A DNA stretch of 64,000 nt, taken from positions 4,576,001 to 4,640,000 of the forward strand of contig CAWAIF010000003.1 of assembly GCA_963782055.1 (NCBI GenBank). The letters run 5' to 3'. Shown one piece after another: positions 1-8,785 of this stretch (its first letter is position 1; each line of letters starts with the position of its first letter). This stretch comes from an uncultured delta proteobacterium. Its GTDB lineage: Bacteria; Myxococcota_A; Polyangia; Polyangiales; Polyangiaceae. The position numbers and the translations under genes were made by a program. Under the pieces are notes generated by a model. The model made no database searches, was not told where the DNA came from, and worked only from the letters and a program-made list of their open reading frames with translations.

Positions 1-1
1 G

Positions 2-832
2 CAGGACTGGCTCTCCCTCGGGTACGTCAGCAACGACGGGCACAGCTCCGCGGTCTCCAAGACGCTGGAGTACGCCGTCGCCAACGCCGCGCTCGGCCGC
101 TGGGCCGCGGCGATGGGCCACGCGGACGACGCGGCGATGTTCGGCGCGCGCGGCGGGGCGTGGCGCAAGCTCTACGACCCCGGGACGCACCTGCTCCTGC
201 CGATGAGCGCCTCCGGCGCGCTCGTCCCGCAGGTGGCGACGGCGATGGGCGGGCCCTACACCGAGGGCTCCGCGTGGCAGTACGACTTCTTCGTGCCCGA
301 GGACGTGCAGGGCCTCAGCGACGCGATGACCCGCCCGGTGCTGGAGGGGCGTCTGGAGCAGCTGTTCACGCGGGCGGCGTGCACCGGCAAGGCCGTCTTC
401 CTCCCCAACCCCTATTACTGGCCGGGCAACGAGCCGAGCCTCTTCGCCGGCTGGATCTTCGCCGCGCTGGGCGATCGCGCGCGCGCCGGGCGCTGGCTGC
501 GGTGGGCGACCCTCGCGCCCTACGCCGAGGGGCCGGCGGGGCTGCCCGGCAACGACGACAGCGGGACGATGAGCGCCTTCTACGTCTTCGCCGCCCTCGG
601 CTTCTACCCGATCGCCGGCACCGACCAGTTCGTCATCGGCTCGCCGCTCTTCCCGCACGCCACCGTCGCCACGCCGGCGGGCAGCATCACCCTGGACGCG
701 CCGGGCGCGAGCGATCTCTCCCGCTTCGTCGCCGCCGTGACACGAAATGGAGAAAACGTGTCACCGGTCGTCGCGCAGTCGGATCTGGCGGGGGCGACGC
801 TGCACTTCGAGATGACGGCGTCGCCCCCCTGA
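2..832 (+). CDS. GH92 alpha-1,2-mannosidase family protein, C-terminal part (5' end outside window)
   Basis: Frame open from position 2 (QDWLSLGYV...SKTLEYA); GH92 motifs YTEGSAWQY, GNEPS, GLPGNDDSGTMSAFYVF, GFYP, GSPLF. Confidence 0.85.
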   Translation, partial: QDWLSLGYVSNDGHSSAVSKTLEYAVANAALGRWAAAMGHADDAAMFGARGGAWRKLYDPGTHLLLPMSASGALVPQVATAMGGPYTEGSAWQYDFFVPEDVQGLSDAMTRPVLEGRLEQLFTRAACTGKAVFLPNPYYWPGNEPSLFAGWIFAALGDRARAGRWLRWATLAPYAEGPAGLPGNDDSGTMSAFYVFAALGFYPIAGTDQFVIGSPLFPHATVATPAGSITLDAPGASDLSRFVAAVTRNGENVSPVVAQSDLAGATLHFEMTASPP

Positions 833-836
833 CCGC

Positions 837-1712
837 TCACTTCTTCTTCGGCGCCGGGTGCTTCGGCGCCGGGTGCTTCGGCGCCGGGTGCTTCGGCGCC
901 GGGTGCGCCGGGTGCGCGGGGGGCTTGGCCGGGGGCTTGGTCTCCGTCTTGGGCGCCGGCTTGTCCCTCACCGGCGGGTGCAGCTCGGGCATCTTCACCA
1001 GCTCGGAGATGTTCGGCACCAGCACGATCTCGATGCGCCGGTTCTTGGCGCGGCCCTCCTTCGTGCCGTTGCCCTCCGCCGGGTCGAACTGCGCGTAGCC
1101 CGCCGCCGAGAGCGCCTCCGGCTTGACGCCGTGCGCGACGAGCAGCTTCACCACCTGCACCGCGCGCGCGGTGGAGAGCTCCCAGTTGGAGGGGAACTCC
1201 TTGGTCTTGATGGGCACGGTGTCGGTGTGCCCGGACACCTGGAAGCGCCGGCCCGAGATGCCCTTGAGCGCCGCGGCCACCTCGGCGAGCGCCTTCTTGC
1301 CCTCCGGCTTGAGGGCGGTCTTGCCGGGGTCGAAGAGCACGTCGGTCGCCAGGGCGAGGACGATCTGCCCGTGGCGCGTGGTGATGTTGAGCTGGCCGGC
1401 GTCGATCATCTTCTGGAACTTCTTGACGAAGTCGTCGAAGAGCTTGGCGCGGGCCTCCGCCGCGGCCTTCTGCGCGCGCAGCTCGGCGAGCTCCGCCCGG
1501 GTCTGCGCGTCGGTCTGCTGGCTGTCCTCGAGGCCCTTCACCTTCGCCTGGAGGGACGCGATCTCCTTCTGCGCGTCCTTCGCCGCCTTCTCGGCGGCGG
1601 CCTTGTCGGTGGCGCACTTCTGGGAGTCGGAGACCGCGGCGTCGTACTGCGACTTGGGGATGCCGCAGCCTGCGAGCAGCAGGGCGACGAGGAGCGCGTG
1701 GTGGGTTCGCAT
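837..1712 (-). CDS. OmpA/MotB-like peptidoglycan-binding lipoprotein with coiled coil and Pro/Lys/His tail
   Basis: Lipobox LLLAGC, coiled coil, OmpA-like motifs VSGHTD, NWELSTARA, RAKNRRIEI; start could be 1724. Confidence 0.85.
   Translation of the reverse strand: MRTHHALLVALLLAGCGIPKSQYDAAVSDSQKCATDKAAAEKAAKDAQKEIASLQAKVKGLEDSQQTDAQTRAELAELRAQKAAAEARAKLFDDFVKKFQKMIDAGQLNITTRHGQIVLALATDVLFDPGKTALKPEGKKALAEVAAALKGISGRRFQVSGHTDTVPIKTKEFPSNWELSTARAVQVVKLLVAHGVKPEALSAAGYAQFDPAEGNGTKEGRAKNRRIEIVLVPNISELVKMPELHPPVRDKPAPKTETKPPAKPPAHPAHPAPKHPAPKHPAPKHPAPKKK
846..905. repeat. 15-bp tandem repeat (cttcggcgccgggtg x4) encoding HPAPK repeats
   Basis: Four perfect copies read directly at 846, 861, 876 and 891. 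Confidence 0.9.
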
Positions 1713-1843
1713 GCGCCCGAGCATCGCTCCATTCAGGGCCGCGTTGCGGACTGCAAATTTCGTCTCCGAGCGAAATCCGCGATCAGGTCTGGCGCAACGA
1801 TGGCTTGCGGATAAGCTCCGCGCTCTCGCTGGCGGAGGTCATC

Positions 1844-3160
1844 ATGCGTGCAGTCACCATCCTTTTCTTCGGCACCCTGCTCGGCATCTCGGGCAGCTCC
1901 CTGGCCGCGTGCGGCGGCTCGGCGGACGACGCGGCCACGCCGGACGCGGGCGGCGTCGGCGACAACGACGCCGGCACCACCGACGAGCCGGAGGCCTCCG
2001 CGCCCGCGCCCTTCCCCGCCTTCGACATCGACGCGCCGCAGGTGATCTCCTCCGGCGGTCCGGTCCTCAAGGCCGGCTCGGTCACGCCCGTCTACTTCCC
2101 GGGCTTCGACTACGCGACCGAGATGACCGACATGACCTCCAAGATCGGCGACAGCGCGTACTGGGCCGCCCTCTCCGAGTACGGCGTCGGCAAGCTGACG
2201 CAGGCGACGCCCGTCACCCTCACCAGCAACGACATCCAGCCCGCGGACATCGGCGACATCTCCGACACCGACATCCAGGCGTGGCTAGCCTCCCGCTTCG
2301 ACGGCACGCACCCCGAGTTCGGCACCAAGCCCGACCGCAACACCGTCTACACGCTCTTCTACCCGCCGCAGACCAACATCTACCTCGGCGGCGGGGGCGG
2401 GGGCGGCGACGCCGGAAGCTTCTCCGGGGCGAAGAGCTGCCAGTCCTTCGGCGGCTACCACAACGACATCCTCTACCAGGGCAACACCATCGCCTACGCG
2501 GTCATCCCCGAGTGCCCCGACTTCGGCAACCTGCAGGGCGTGGACGTGGTCACCACCACCACCAGCCACGAGCTCTCCGAGGCGGCGACGGACCCCTTCC
2601 CCACCGACAACACCGCGTACGGCCAGGTGGACGCCAACCACATCGCCTGGGAGATGTACCTGGGCGGCGGCGAGGTGGGCGACATGTGCGCCCAGTTCTC
2701 CTCCTCCTTCTACAAGCCGGACGACATCGGCTACATCGTGCAGCGCAACTGGTCGAACAAGCAGGCGAAGGCCGGCCACGACCCGTGCCAGCCGGAGCTG
2801 CCGGGCGCGGCGGCGTACTTCAACGCGGCGCCCATCTTCCCCGACTCGGTCACCACGCGCGGCTTCCCCACCAAGGGCATCAAGGTGCCGGTCGGCCAGT
2901 CCAAGACGCTGGAGCTCGACCTCTACAGCTCGGGGGCGACGAGCGGGCCGTGGACGGTGAGCGCGCGGACCTTCACGCACGGCGGCAGCGCGCCCTTCAC
3001 CTTCGCCTTCGACAAGACCGATGGCCAGAACGGCGACAAGCTGAACGTGACGATCACCTCCACGACGGCGATCACCAGCAAGTCGGGCTCGGCGACCATC
3101 GTCATCGTCTCGCAGCTCGGAGACCAGAAGACGATCTGGATCGGTCTCGTCAGCAATTAG
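1844..3160 (+). CDS. Secreted lipoprotein with SHELSEAATDP motif (PHI-1/EXORDIUM-like); paralog of 30060-31370
   Basis: RBS ggagg before ATG 1844; lipobox LAAC; motifs GGYH, HELSEAATDP, GEVGDMC, VQRNWSN. Confidence 0.7.
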   Translation: MRAVTILFFGTLLGISGSSLAACGGSADDAATPDAGGVGDNDAGTTDEPEASAPAPFPAFDIDAPQVISSGGPVLKAGSVTPVYFPGFDYATEMTDMTSKIGDSAYWAALSEYGVGKLTQATPVTLTSNDIQPADIGDISDTDIQAWLASRFDGTHPEFGTKPDRNTVYTLFYPPQTNIYLGGGGGGGDAGSFSGAKSCQSFGGYHNDILYQGNTIAYAVIPECPDFGNLQGVDVVTTTTSHELSEAATDPFPTDNTAYGQVDANHIAWEMYLGGGEVGDMCAQFSSSFYKPDDIGYIVQRNWSNKQAKAGHDPCQPELPGAAAYFNAAPIFPDSVTTRGFPTKGIKVPVGQSKTLELDLYSSGATSGPWTVSARTFTHGGSAPFTFAFDKTDGQNGDKLNVTITSTTAITSKSGSATIVIVSQLGDQKTIWIGLVSN

Positions 3161-3167
3161 TCCGGAG

Positions 3168-3187
3168 GGGGCGGCACGCGCCGCCCC
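3168..3187. repeat. REP-like GC palindrome GGGGCGGCACGCGCCGCCCC (copy 1)
   Basis: 8-bp stem, 4-nt loop just after stop at 3160; identical copy at 26166-26185, near copy at 20739-20758. Confidence 0.65.
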
Positions 3188-3272
3188 TCTGCGTGCAGGA
3201 GTTTCGCGCCAGGCCTCGGCACTGGCCGCGCGGCGGCCCCGCCCTATCAACGATCCATCCCCGGGTGAGATC

Positions 3273-5261
3273 ATGGGCAAGAACGTCGCGCGCAAGCTGA
3301 TCGAGTCGCACCTGGTCGAGGGCCAGCCCGTCGCCGGCAAGGAGATCGGCCTGCGGGTCGATCAGACGCTCACCCAGGACGCCACCGGCACGCTGGTGAT
3401 GCTGGAGCTGGAGGCGATGGGCCTCGACCGCGCCCGCACCGAGCTCTCGGCGCAGTACGTGGACCACAACCTCATCCAGGAGGACCACAAGAACGCCGAC
3501 GACCACCTCTTCTTGCGCAGCGCTTGCCGCCGGTGGGGTCTCTGGTTCAGCCGGCCGGGCAACGGCGTCAGCCATCCGGTGCACATGCAGCGGTTCGGAC
3601 GGCCTGGCCGCACGCTCCTCGGGTCGGACAGCCACACGCCGGCGGCGGGCGCCATCGGCATGCTCGCCATCGGCGCGGGCGGGCTGGAGGTGGCCCTGGC
3701 GATCGCCGGCGAGCCCTTCCACATGACGATGCCGGAGGTCTGGGGCGTGCGCCTGACCGGCCGCCTCCCCGACTGGGTGAGCGCGAAGGACGTCATCCTG
3801 GAGATGCTCCGTCGCCACGGGGTCCGCGGCGGGCGCGGGCGCGTCATCGAGTACCACGGGCCAGGCCTCGCCTCGCTCACGCCGTGGGACCGCCACGTCA
3901 TCGCCAACATGGGCACCGAGCTGGGCGCCACCAGCACCGTCTTCCCCGCCGACGACGAGGTCCGCCGCTTCCTGCGCTCGGTGGGGAGAGAGGACGAGTT
4001 CGTCGAGATCCTCGCCGACGACGACGCCCGTTACGACGTGCGCGACGAGATCGATCTGAGCGCGCTCGAGCCCCTCATCGCGCGGCCGAGCAGCCCGGGG
4101 GACGTGGTGCCGGTGCGGGAGGTGGAGGGCGAGCCCATCTACCAGGCCTACATCGGCTCGTCGGCCAACCCGGGCTACCGCGACTTCGCCGTGCCCGCCG
4201 CGATGGTGCGCGGGCGCCGCGTGGCGGAGGGCGTCTCCCTCGACGTCAACCCCACCTCCCGCGAGATGCTGGAGGACCTGCTCGGCGCGGGGCTCATCAC
4301 CGCTCTGGTCCACGCGGGCGCGCGGCTGCACCAGGCCGGCTGCAACGGCTGCATCGGCATGGGCCAGGCGCCTGCGACTGGACGCAACAGCCTTCGCACG
4401 GTGCCGCGCAACTTCCCCGGGCGCTCCGGCACGCGGGAAGACAGCGTGTGGCTGTGCAGCCCGGAGACGGCGACCGCCTCCGCCCTCACCGGCGTGATCA
4501 CCGATCCGCGTCGCTTCGCGAAGGAGGCGGGCCTCGCGCCGGCGCCCGTGGTGCTCCCCGAGCACCCCACGGTGAACACGGCGATGTTCCGCGCCCCGGC
4601 CCCGCCGGCGGAGGCCGCGAAGGTCACGCTGGTGAAGGGCCCCAACATCGACTCCCTGCCGGAGATGGATCCCATCCCCGACGCGCTGGATCTCCCGGTG
4701 CTGCTCGCCCTGGGTGACGACGTCTCCACCGACGAGATCATGCCCGCCGGCACGCGCGTGCTGCCCTTCCGGAGCAACATCCCGCGCATGGCCGACTTCT
4801 GCTTCGACGTGATCGACCCGACCTACCCCGAGCGCGCGCTGCGGCAGAAGAAGCAGCACGGCGGCCACGCGATCATCGCGGGGCATAACTACGGGCAGGG
4901 CTCCAGCCGCGAGCACGCCGCCCTCGCGCCGCGCTACCTGGGGCTGCAGCTGGTGGTGGCCAAGAGCTTCGCCCGCATCCACTGGCAGAACCTCACCAAC
5001 TTCGGCGTGCTGCCGCTGGTGTTCGAGCGCCCCGAGGACGCGGCGGCGATCAAGGTGGGCTCGCGACTCGCGTTGCGCGGCGTGCACGCCGCCCTGCGCG
5101 CGGGGAACCGGATGGACCTGACGATCGACGGCGCGCGCGCGGTCCCGGTCCGCCACGACCTCTCCCCGCGGCAGGTGGACATCCTGCTCGCCGGCAGCCT
5201 GATCGACTGGATACGGCCTCACCCCGCCGGCCCCGCGGGGGAGAGGGCGTCGAGGAGGTAG
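3273..5261 (+). CDS. Aconitate hydratase family protein (short form, atypical GSSAN motif)
   Basis: TQDATGT, DHN, GSDSHT, GCNGCIGMG, RNFPGRSG, STDEIMP, NYGQGSSREHAA, SFARIH. Confidence 0.85.
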   Translation: MGKNVARKLIESHLVEGQPVAGKEIGLRVDQTLTQDATGTLVMLELEAMGLDRARTELSAQYVDHNLIQEDHKNADDHLFLRSACRRWGLWFSRPGNGVSHPVHMQRFGRPGRTLLGSDSHTPAAGAIGMLAIGAGGLEVALAIAGEPFHMTMPEVWGVRLTGRLPDWVSAKDVILEMLRRHGVRGGRGRVIEYHGPGLASLTPWDRHVIANMGTELGATSTVFPADDEVRRFLRSVGREDEFVEILADDDARYDVRDEIDLSALEPLIARPSSPGDVVPVREVEGEPIYQAYIGSSANPGYRDFAVPAAMVRGRRVAEGVSLDVNPTSREMLEDLLGAGLITALVHAGARLHQAGCNGCIGMGQAPATGRNSLRTVPRNFPGRSGTREDSVWLCSPETATASALTGVITDPRRFAKEAGLAPAPVVLPEHPTVNTAMFRAPAPPAEAAKVTLVKGPNIDSLPEMDPIPDALDLPVLLALGDDVSTDEIMPAGTRVLPFRSNIPRMADFCFDVIDPTYPERALRQKKQHGGHAIIAGHNYGQGSSREHAALAPRYLGLQLVVAKSFARIHWQNLTNFGVLPLVFERPEDAAAIKVGSRLALRGVHAALRAGNRMDLTIDGARAVPVRHDLSPRQVDILLAGSLIDWIRPHPAGPAGERASRR

Positions 5262-5282
5262 CGATCCTGGGGTGGCGAGCCG

Positions 5283-5756
5283 TCACGTGCCGGGGCGCGG
5301 GGGATGCAGCCGGAGGCTGTCCAGGCTGAAGGGGCCCGCACCGAAGTGGGAGATGAGCAGCGCGCCGCCCAGCAGGCCCAGGTTCTTCATGAACTGCACC
5401 TGCTGCATCATGCGGGCGGCCGCGTCGGTCTCCCGCCAGAAGGCGTGCATCATCACCGTCACCGGCACGAGGAACAGCACCAGGAGCCAGGCTCCGAGTC
5501 GCGCCTCGAAGCCGATGAGGATGCTGACCCCACCCGCCAGGGCGAGCATGCCGGCGAGGGGCACCAGCAGACCCGGCAGCGGGACGCCCTTGCCACCGGC
5601 GTACGCGATGGTCTCCTGCGAGAAGTTGCTGAACGACGCGATGATGAAGAGCGCCGCGTAGCACAGCCGGCCGAGCGGCACGATCCAGCGCGTCGCCTCG
5701 GTGCGCTTGCTGCCGCGCACCAGGATCCGCTCGTGCTCGAGAACGTGGGTGGTCAT
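5283..5756 (-). CDS. DoxX family membrane protein
   Basis: RBS aaggag; 4 hydrophobic segments; HAFW...QFMKNLGLLGG...GAGPFSLD. Confidence 0.85.
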   Translation of the reverse strand: MTTHVLEHERILVRGSKRTEATRWIVPLGRLCYAALFIIASFSNFSQETIAYAGGKGVPLPGLLVPLAGMLALAGGVSILIGFEARLGAWLLVLFLVPVTVMMHAFWRETDAAARMMQQVQFMKNLGLLGGALLISHFGAGPFSLDSLRLHPPRPGT

Positions 5757-5904
5757 GATCAGCTCCTTTTCCCCTCCCTGCGAGTCTCCGGGGTTGCCTG
5801 GCAAAAATTCGGGCGCTGACGGAGGCGTCGCAAGACCTCACGCACCTCTTTCACGGCAGAAGTTGCGCCCTCCGGCGCGCGGCTCGGGTACCCTGCATCG
5901 GACG

Positions 5905-8760
5905 ATGAGCGCGCGGGTCCTGCTGCTCGACGACGACGCGCACTTCGCCCTGGAGCTGAAGCAAGGGCTGGAGCGGCTGGGCGGTGACGTGTCCATCGTG
6001 CGCGAGGGCAACGCGGGACTGGCGCGCGCCGTCTCCGATCACTTCGACCTCTTCGTGCTCTCGGCCGAGCTGGCGGGCATGAACGGCTTCCGCCTGTGCA
6101 ACCGTATCAAGCGCGACCCGACGGCCAAGAACACCCCGCTCTTCCTGCTCTCCCGCGAGGCGTCGGAGAGCTCGCTGGAGGAGCACCAGCGGCTGCCGAC
6201 GCGCGCCGACGCGTACTTCCGCCTCCCCGTCCCGGTCGAGGAGGTGGTGGCCCACGCGCGCTCGCGTGTGCCCGCCTTCGGCGCGGTGCCGCACCCGCCG
6301 CGGGCACCCGCCGCCCTCCAGGGCGCGGGCATGCGCGAGCAGATCGCCGCGGCGCAGGCGCAGATCGCCGCGGTGGACCAGCTCCGCGCGCAGCTCGGCG
6401 TGCTGGAGGGACGCAACGCGACGCTCAGCAAGGAGCTGGCGGAGGCGCGCGCGGCGCTCGAGCAATCGGAGGCGCGCGTCGCGCCCCGGCCGCCGCCGCT
6501 GCCGCGCGACAAGGAGCGCGTGGAGCTCGCCGCGCGCTTCCGCAAGCTGGAGACGGAGCTCGGGGAGCTGCGCCGCACGCGTCACGAGAGCGAGCGCGCG
6601 GCGCACGAGGCGCACGACAGGGCGGCCGCCGCGGAGCGCGCGGCGGCGAAGGCCGAGCGCGAGCTCGGGACGCTGCGGTCGCGCAGCGCGGACCTGGACC
6701 GGAAGGAGGGCGCGGCGCGGCGCGGCGAGGAGCAGGCGCAGAAGCGCGCGGCGGACCTGCAGGAGCGGCTGGAGCGGAAGAACGAGCAGCTCCGTGCGCT
6801 CTCCGCCGAGCTGACGACCTCGCAGCAGGCGCACGCGGGCGCGAGCGAGGCGCTGGCGCGCGCGGTGGCCGACGCGGTGGAGCCGCTGCGGCGCAAGCTG
6901 GCCGAGCTGGAAGACCGACGGCGCGAGCAGGAGCGAGCCCACAGCGAGGCCCTCTCCATCATCCGGGCGGATCGCGACGCGCTTCGCTCGGACCTGGAGG
7001 CAACACGCGCCGCGCCGCCCAGCGACGCGGCGGGTGTGCTGGAGGCGGAGCGGCAGCGCGCGCGGGCGCTCGAGGAGACGCTCGAGGCGGAGCGGGCCGG
7101 GCGCGCCGCGGAGGACGACGAGCACGAGCAGACCATCGCGGCGGCGGAGGCCCGCGCGGCCAAGCTGCAATCGGAGCTGGACGAGGCGGCGCGGCGCGCC
7201 GCGGAGGACGAGACGACGCGGGTCGCAGCTCTGGAGGGTGAGCTCGGGACCGCGCGCGACGAGGCCCGCGCGCTCGCCGACCGCGTCCGGGAGCTGGAGC
7301 GCGCCGCGGGGGACGCGGGCGCGCGCACCGCGGAGAGCCACCGTGGCGTCGAGGAGGCGCTCGCCTCGGCCCAGGCGGCGGCGCGCGAGCGGGAGAGCGC
7401 GCTGGAGGAGCGGCTGCGGGAGGCCGAGCAGCGGCACGTGCACGAGCTGGCCTCCCTACGCGAGGCGAACGACAAGAAGACCGGCGCTCTGGCGGCGTCC
7501 GCCGGCGCCGAGCAGCGCGCCCGGGAGAGCGCCGCAGAGCTGGAGCGCGCCGTCGCGGAGGCCCGCGGCCAGGCGGAGGCCGCCGAGCGTGCCGCCACCG
7601 AGGCTCGCTCGGCGCAGCGCGCCGCCGCGATGGACCTGGAGCGCGCGCGCTCGGAGCACGGCGTGGCCGTCTCGGCGCTGCAGCGCGAGGTCGCGGCGCT
7701 GCGGGCGGAGGCGGACGCCGCGCACCTGACCGTCGCCACCACGACGACCGAGATGCACGCGCAGCTCGGCGAGGCCACGCACGCGCGCACCCGCTCGGAG
7801 GCGGAGCGAAGGCGGCTGGAGCTGCGCTACACCGACGCCCGCAAGCGCCTGGACGCCACACACGCGCGCCTGGCGGAGGAGCTCGACCGCGCCGCAGCGC
7901 TGCGGGCGGCCCACACCGCCGCGCGCAAGCGGTGGGACGCCGAGCGCAAGGTGATGGACGGACGCCTCCGCGAGGCGCACGAGGCGCAGCAGGCCGCGGA
8001 GGCGAAGGCGGCGGGGCCCGCGGCGGAGGCGACCGCGGAGATCGCCCGGCTCCGCGGCGCGCAGCAGCGCCTCGAGGAGCAGGCAGAGGAGCGCGACGGC
8101 AAGCTCCGGGAGGCGGAGCGCGCCCTCGCGGAGGCCACCAAGGAGCTCGCGCTCGAGCGGGAGCGCACCGCCGCGCGTGCGGGGGGCGAGGCCGAGCGGG
8201 TCCGCAAGGAGACAGTCGCCAAGCTGACGGCGGACTACGAGCGCTGGCTCGATCAGGAGCTACGCGAGCGCATGGCGCGGGCCACCGCGGAGCGCGACGA
8301 GCGGGTGGCGGCGCTGGAGGCGGAGGCGCAGTCGGCGCACGCCCGCGCCGCCGCCGTGGTGGCGGAGAAAGGGGCTGCGGAGGCGGCGGCGCTGCGCACC
8401 ACCCTCGCGGAGGCGGAGGCCGGCCTCGCGCGCGCCCGCTCCGCGCTCGACGCCGAGCGTCGCGAGCGCATGGCGGAGGAGGCGGAGAGCGCGGCGCGCG
8501 TGGAGGAGCTGGAGACCAGCCTGGCGGCGCGCGGCGGCGAGCTGGACGCGCAGCGCACCGACGCCGAGCGCGCGCGCCGCGAGGTGGGCGAGCTGGAGGC
8601 GGAGATCGCGGCGCTGCGCGCGGAGCTCGTCACCGTCCGCACCTCCCTGCAGAACGAGCTCGCCGTCGCCCGCGCCGCGCGCGAGGAGCTGGAGCGCCAC
8701 AAGGCGGTGCTGGAGCAAGCCCGCGCCCTCCTCCACGCGGGCGACCCACCCGAGGAGTGA
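5905..8760 (+). CDS. Pseudo-receiver domain + long coiled-coil protein (AglZ/FrzS-like)
   Basis: N-terminal REC fold VLLLDDD...DLFVLSAEL..NGFRLC..IK..RADAYF without the phosphoacceptor Asp; about 800 aa E/A/R-rich heptad region. Confidence 0.75.
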   Translation: MSARVLLLDDDAHFALELKQGLERLGGDVSIVREGNAGLARAVSDHFDLFVLSAELAGMNGFRLCNRIKRDPTAKNTPLFLLSREASESSLEEHQRLPTRADAYFRLPVPVEEVVAHARSRVPAFGAVPHPPRAPAALQGAGMREQIAAAQAQIAAVDQLRAQLGVLEGRNATLSKELAEARAALEQSEARVAPRPPPLPRDKERVELAARFRKLETELGELRRTRHESERAAHEAHDRAAAAERAAAKAERELGTLRSRSADLDRKEGAARRGEEQAQKRAADLQERLERKNEQLRALSAELTTSQQAHAGASEALARAVADAVEPLRRKLAELEDRRREQERAHSEALSIIRADRDALRSDLEATRAAPPSDAAGVLEAERQRARALEETLEAERAGRAAEDDEHEQTIAAAEARAAKLQSELDEAARRAAEDETTRVAALEGELGTARDEARALADRVRELERAAGDAGARTAESHRGVEEALASAQAAARERESALEERLREAEQRHVHELASLREANDKKTGALAASAGAEQRARESAAELERAVAEARGQAEAAERAATEARSAQRAAAMDLERARSEHGVAVSALQREVAALRAEADAAHLTVATTTTEMHAQLGEATHARTRSEAERRRLELRYTDARKRLDATHARLAEELDRAAALRAAHTAARKRWDAERKVMDGRLREAHEAQQAAEAKAAGPAAEATAEIARLRGAQQRLEEQAEERDGKLREAERALAEATKELALERERTAARAGGEAERVRKETVAKLTADYERWLDQELRERMARATAERDERVAALEAEAQSAHARAAAVVAEKGAAEAAALRTTLAEAEAGLARARSALDAERRERMAEEAESAARVEELETSLAARGGELDAQRTDAERARREVGELEAEIAALRAELVTVRTSLQNELAVARAAREELERHKAVLEQARALLHAGDPPEE

Positions 8761-8785
8761 CTCAGCCCGACGCGGGCGGAGGGCC

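Noticed and set aside
837..1712. Flagellar stator gene motB
   Set aside because: No motA partner, no MotB TM Asp motif, lipoprotein signal instead; kept as OmpA/MotB-like
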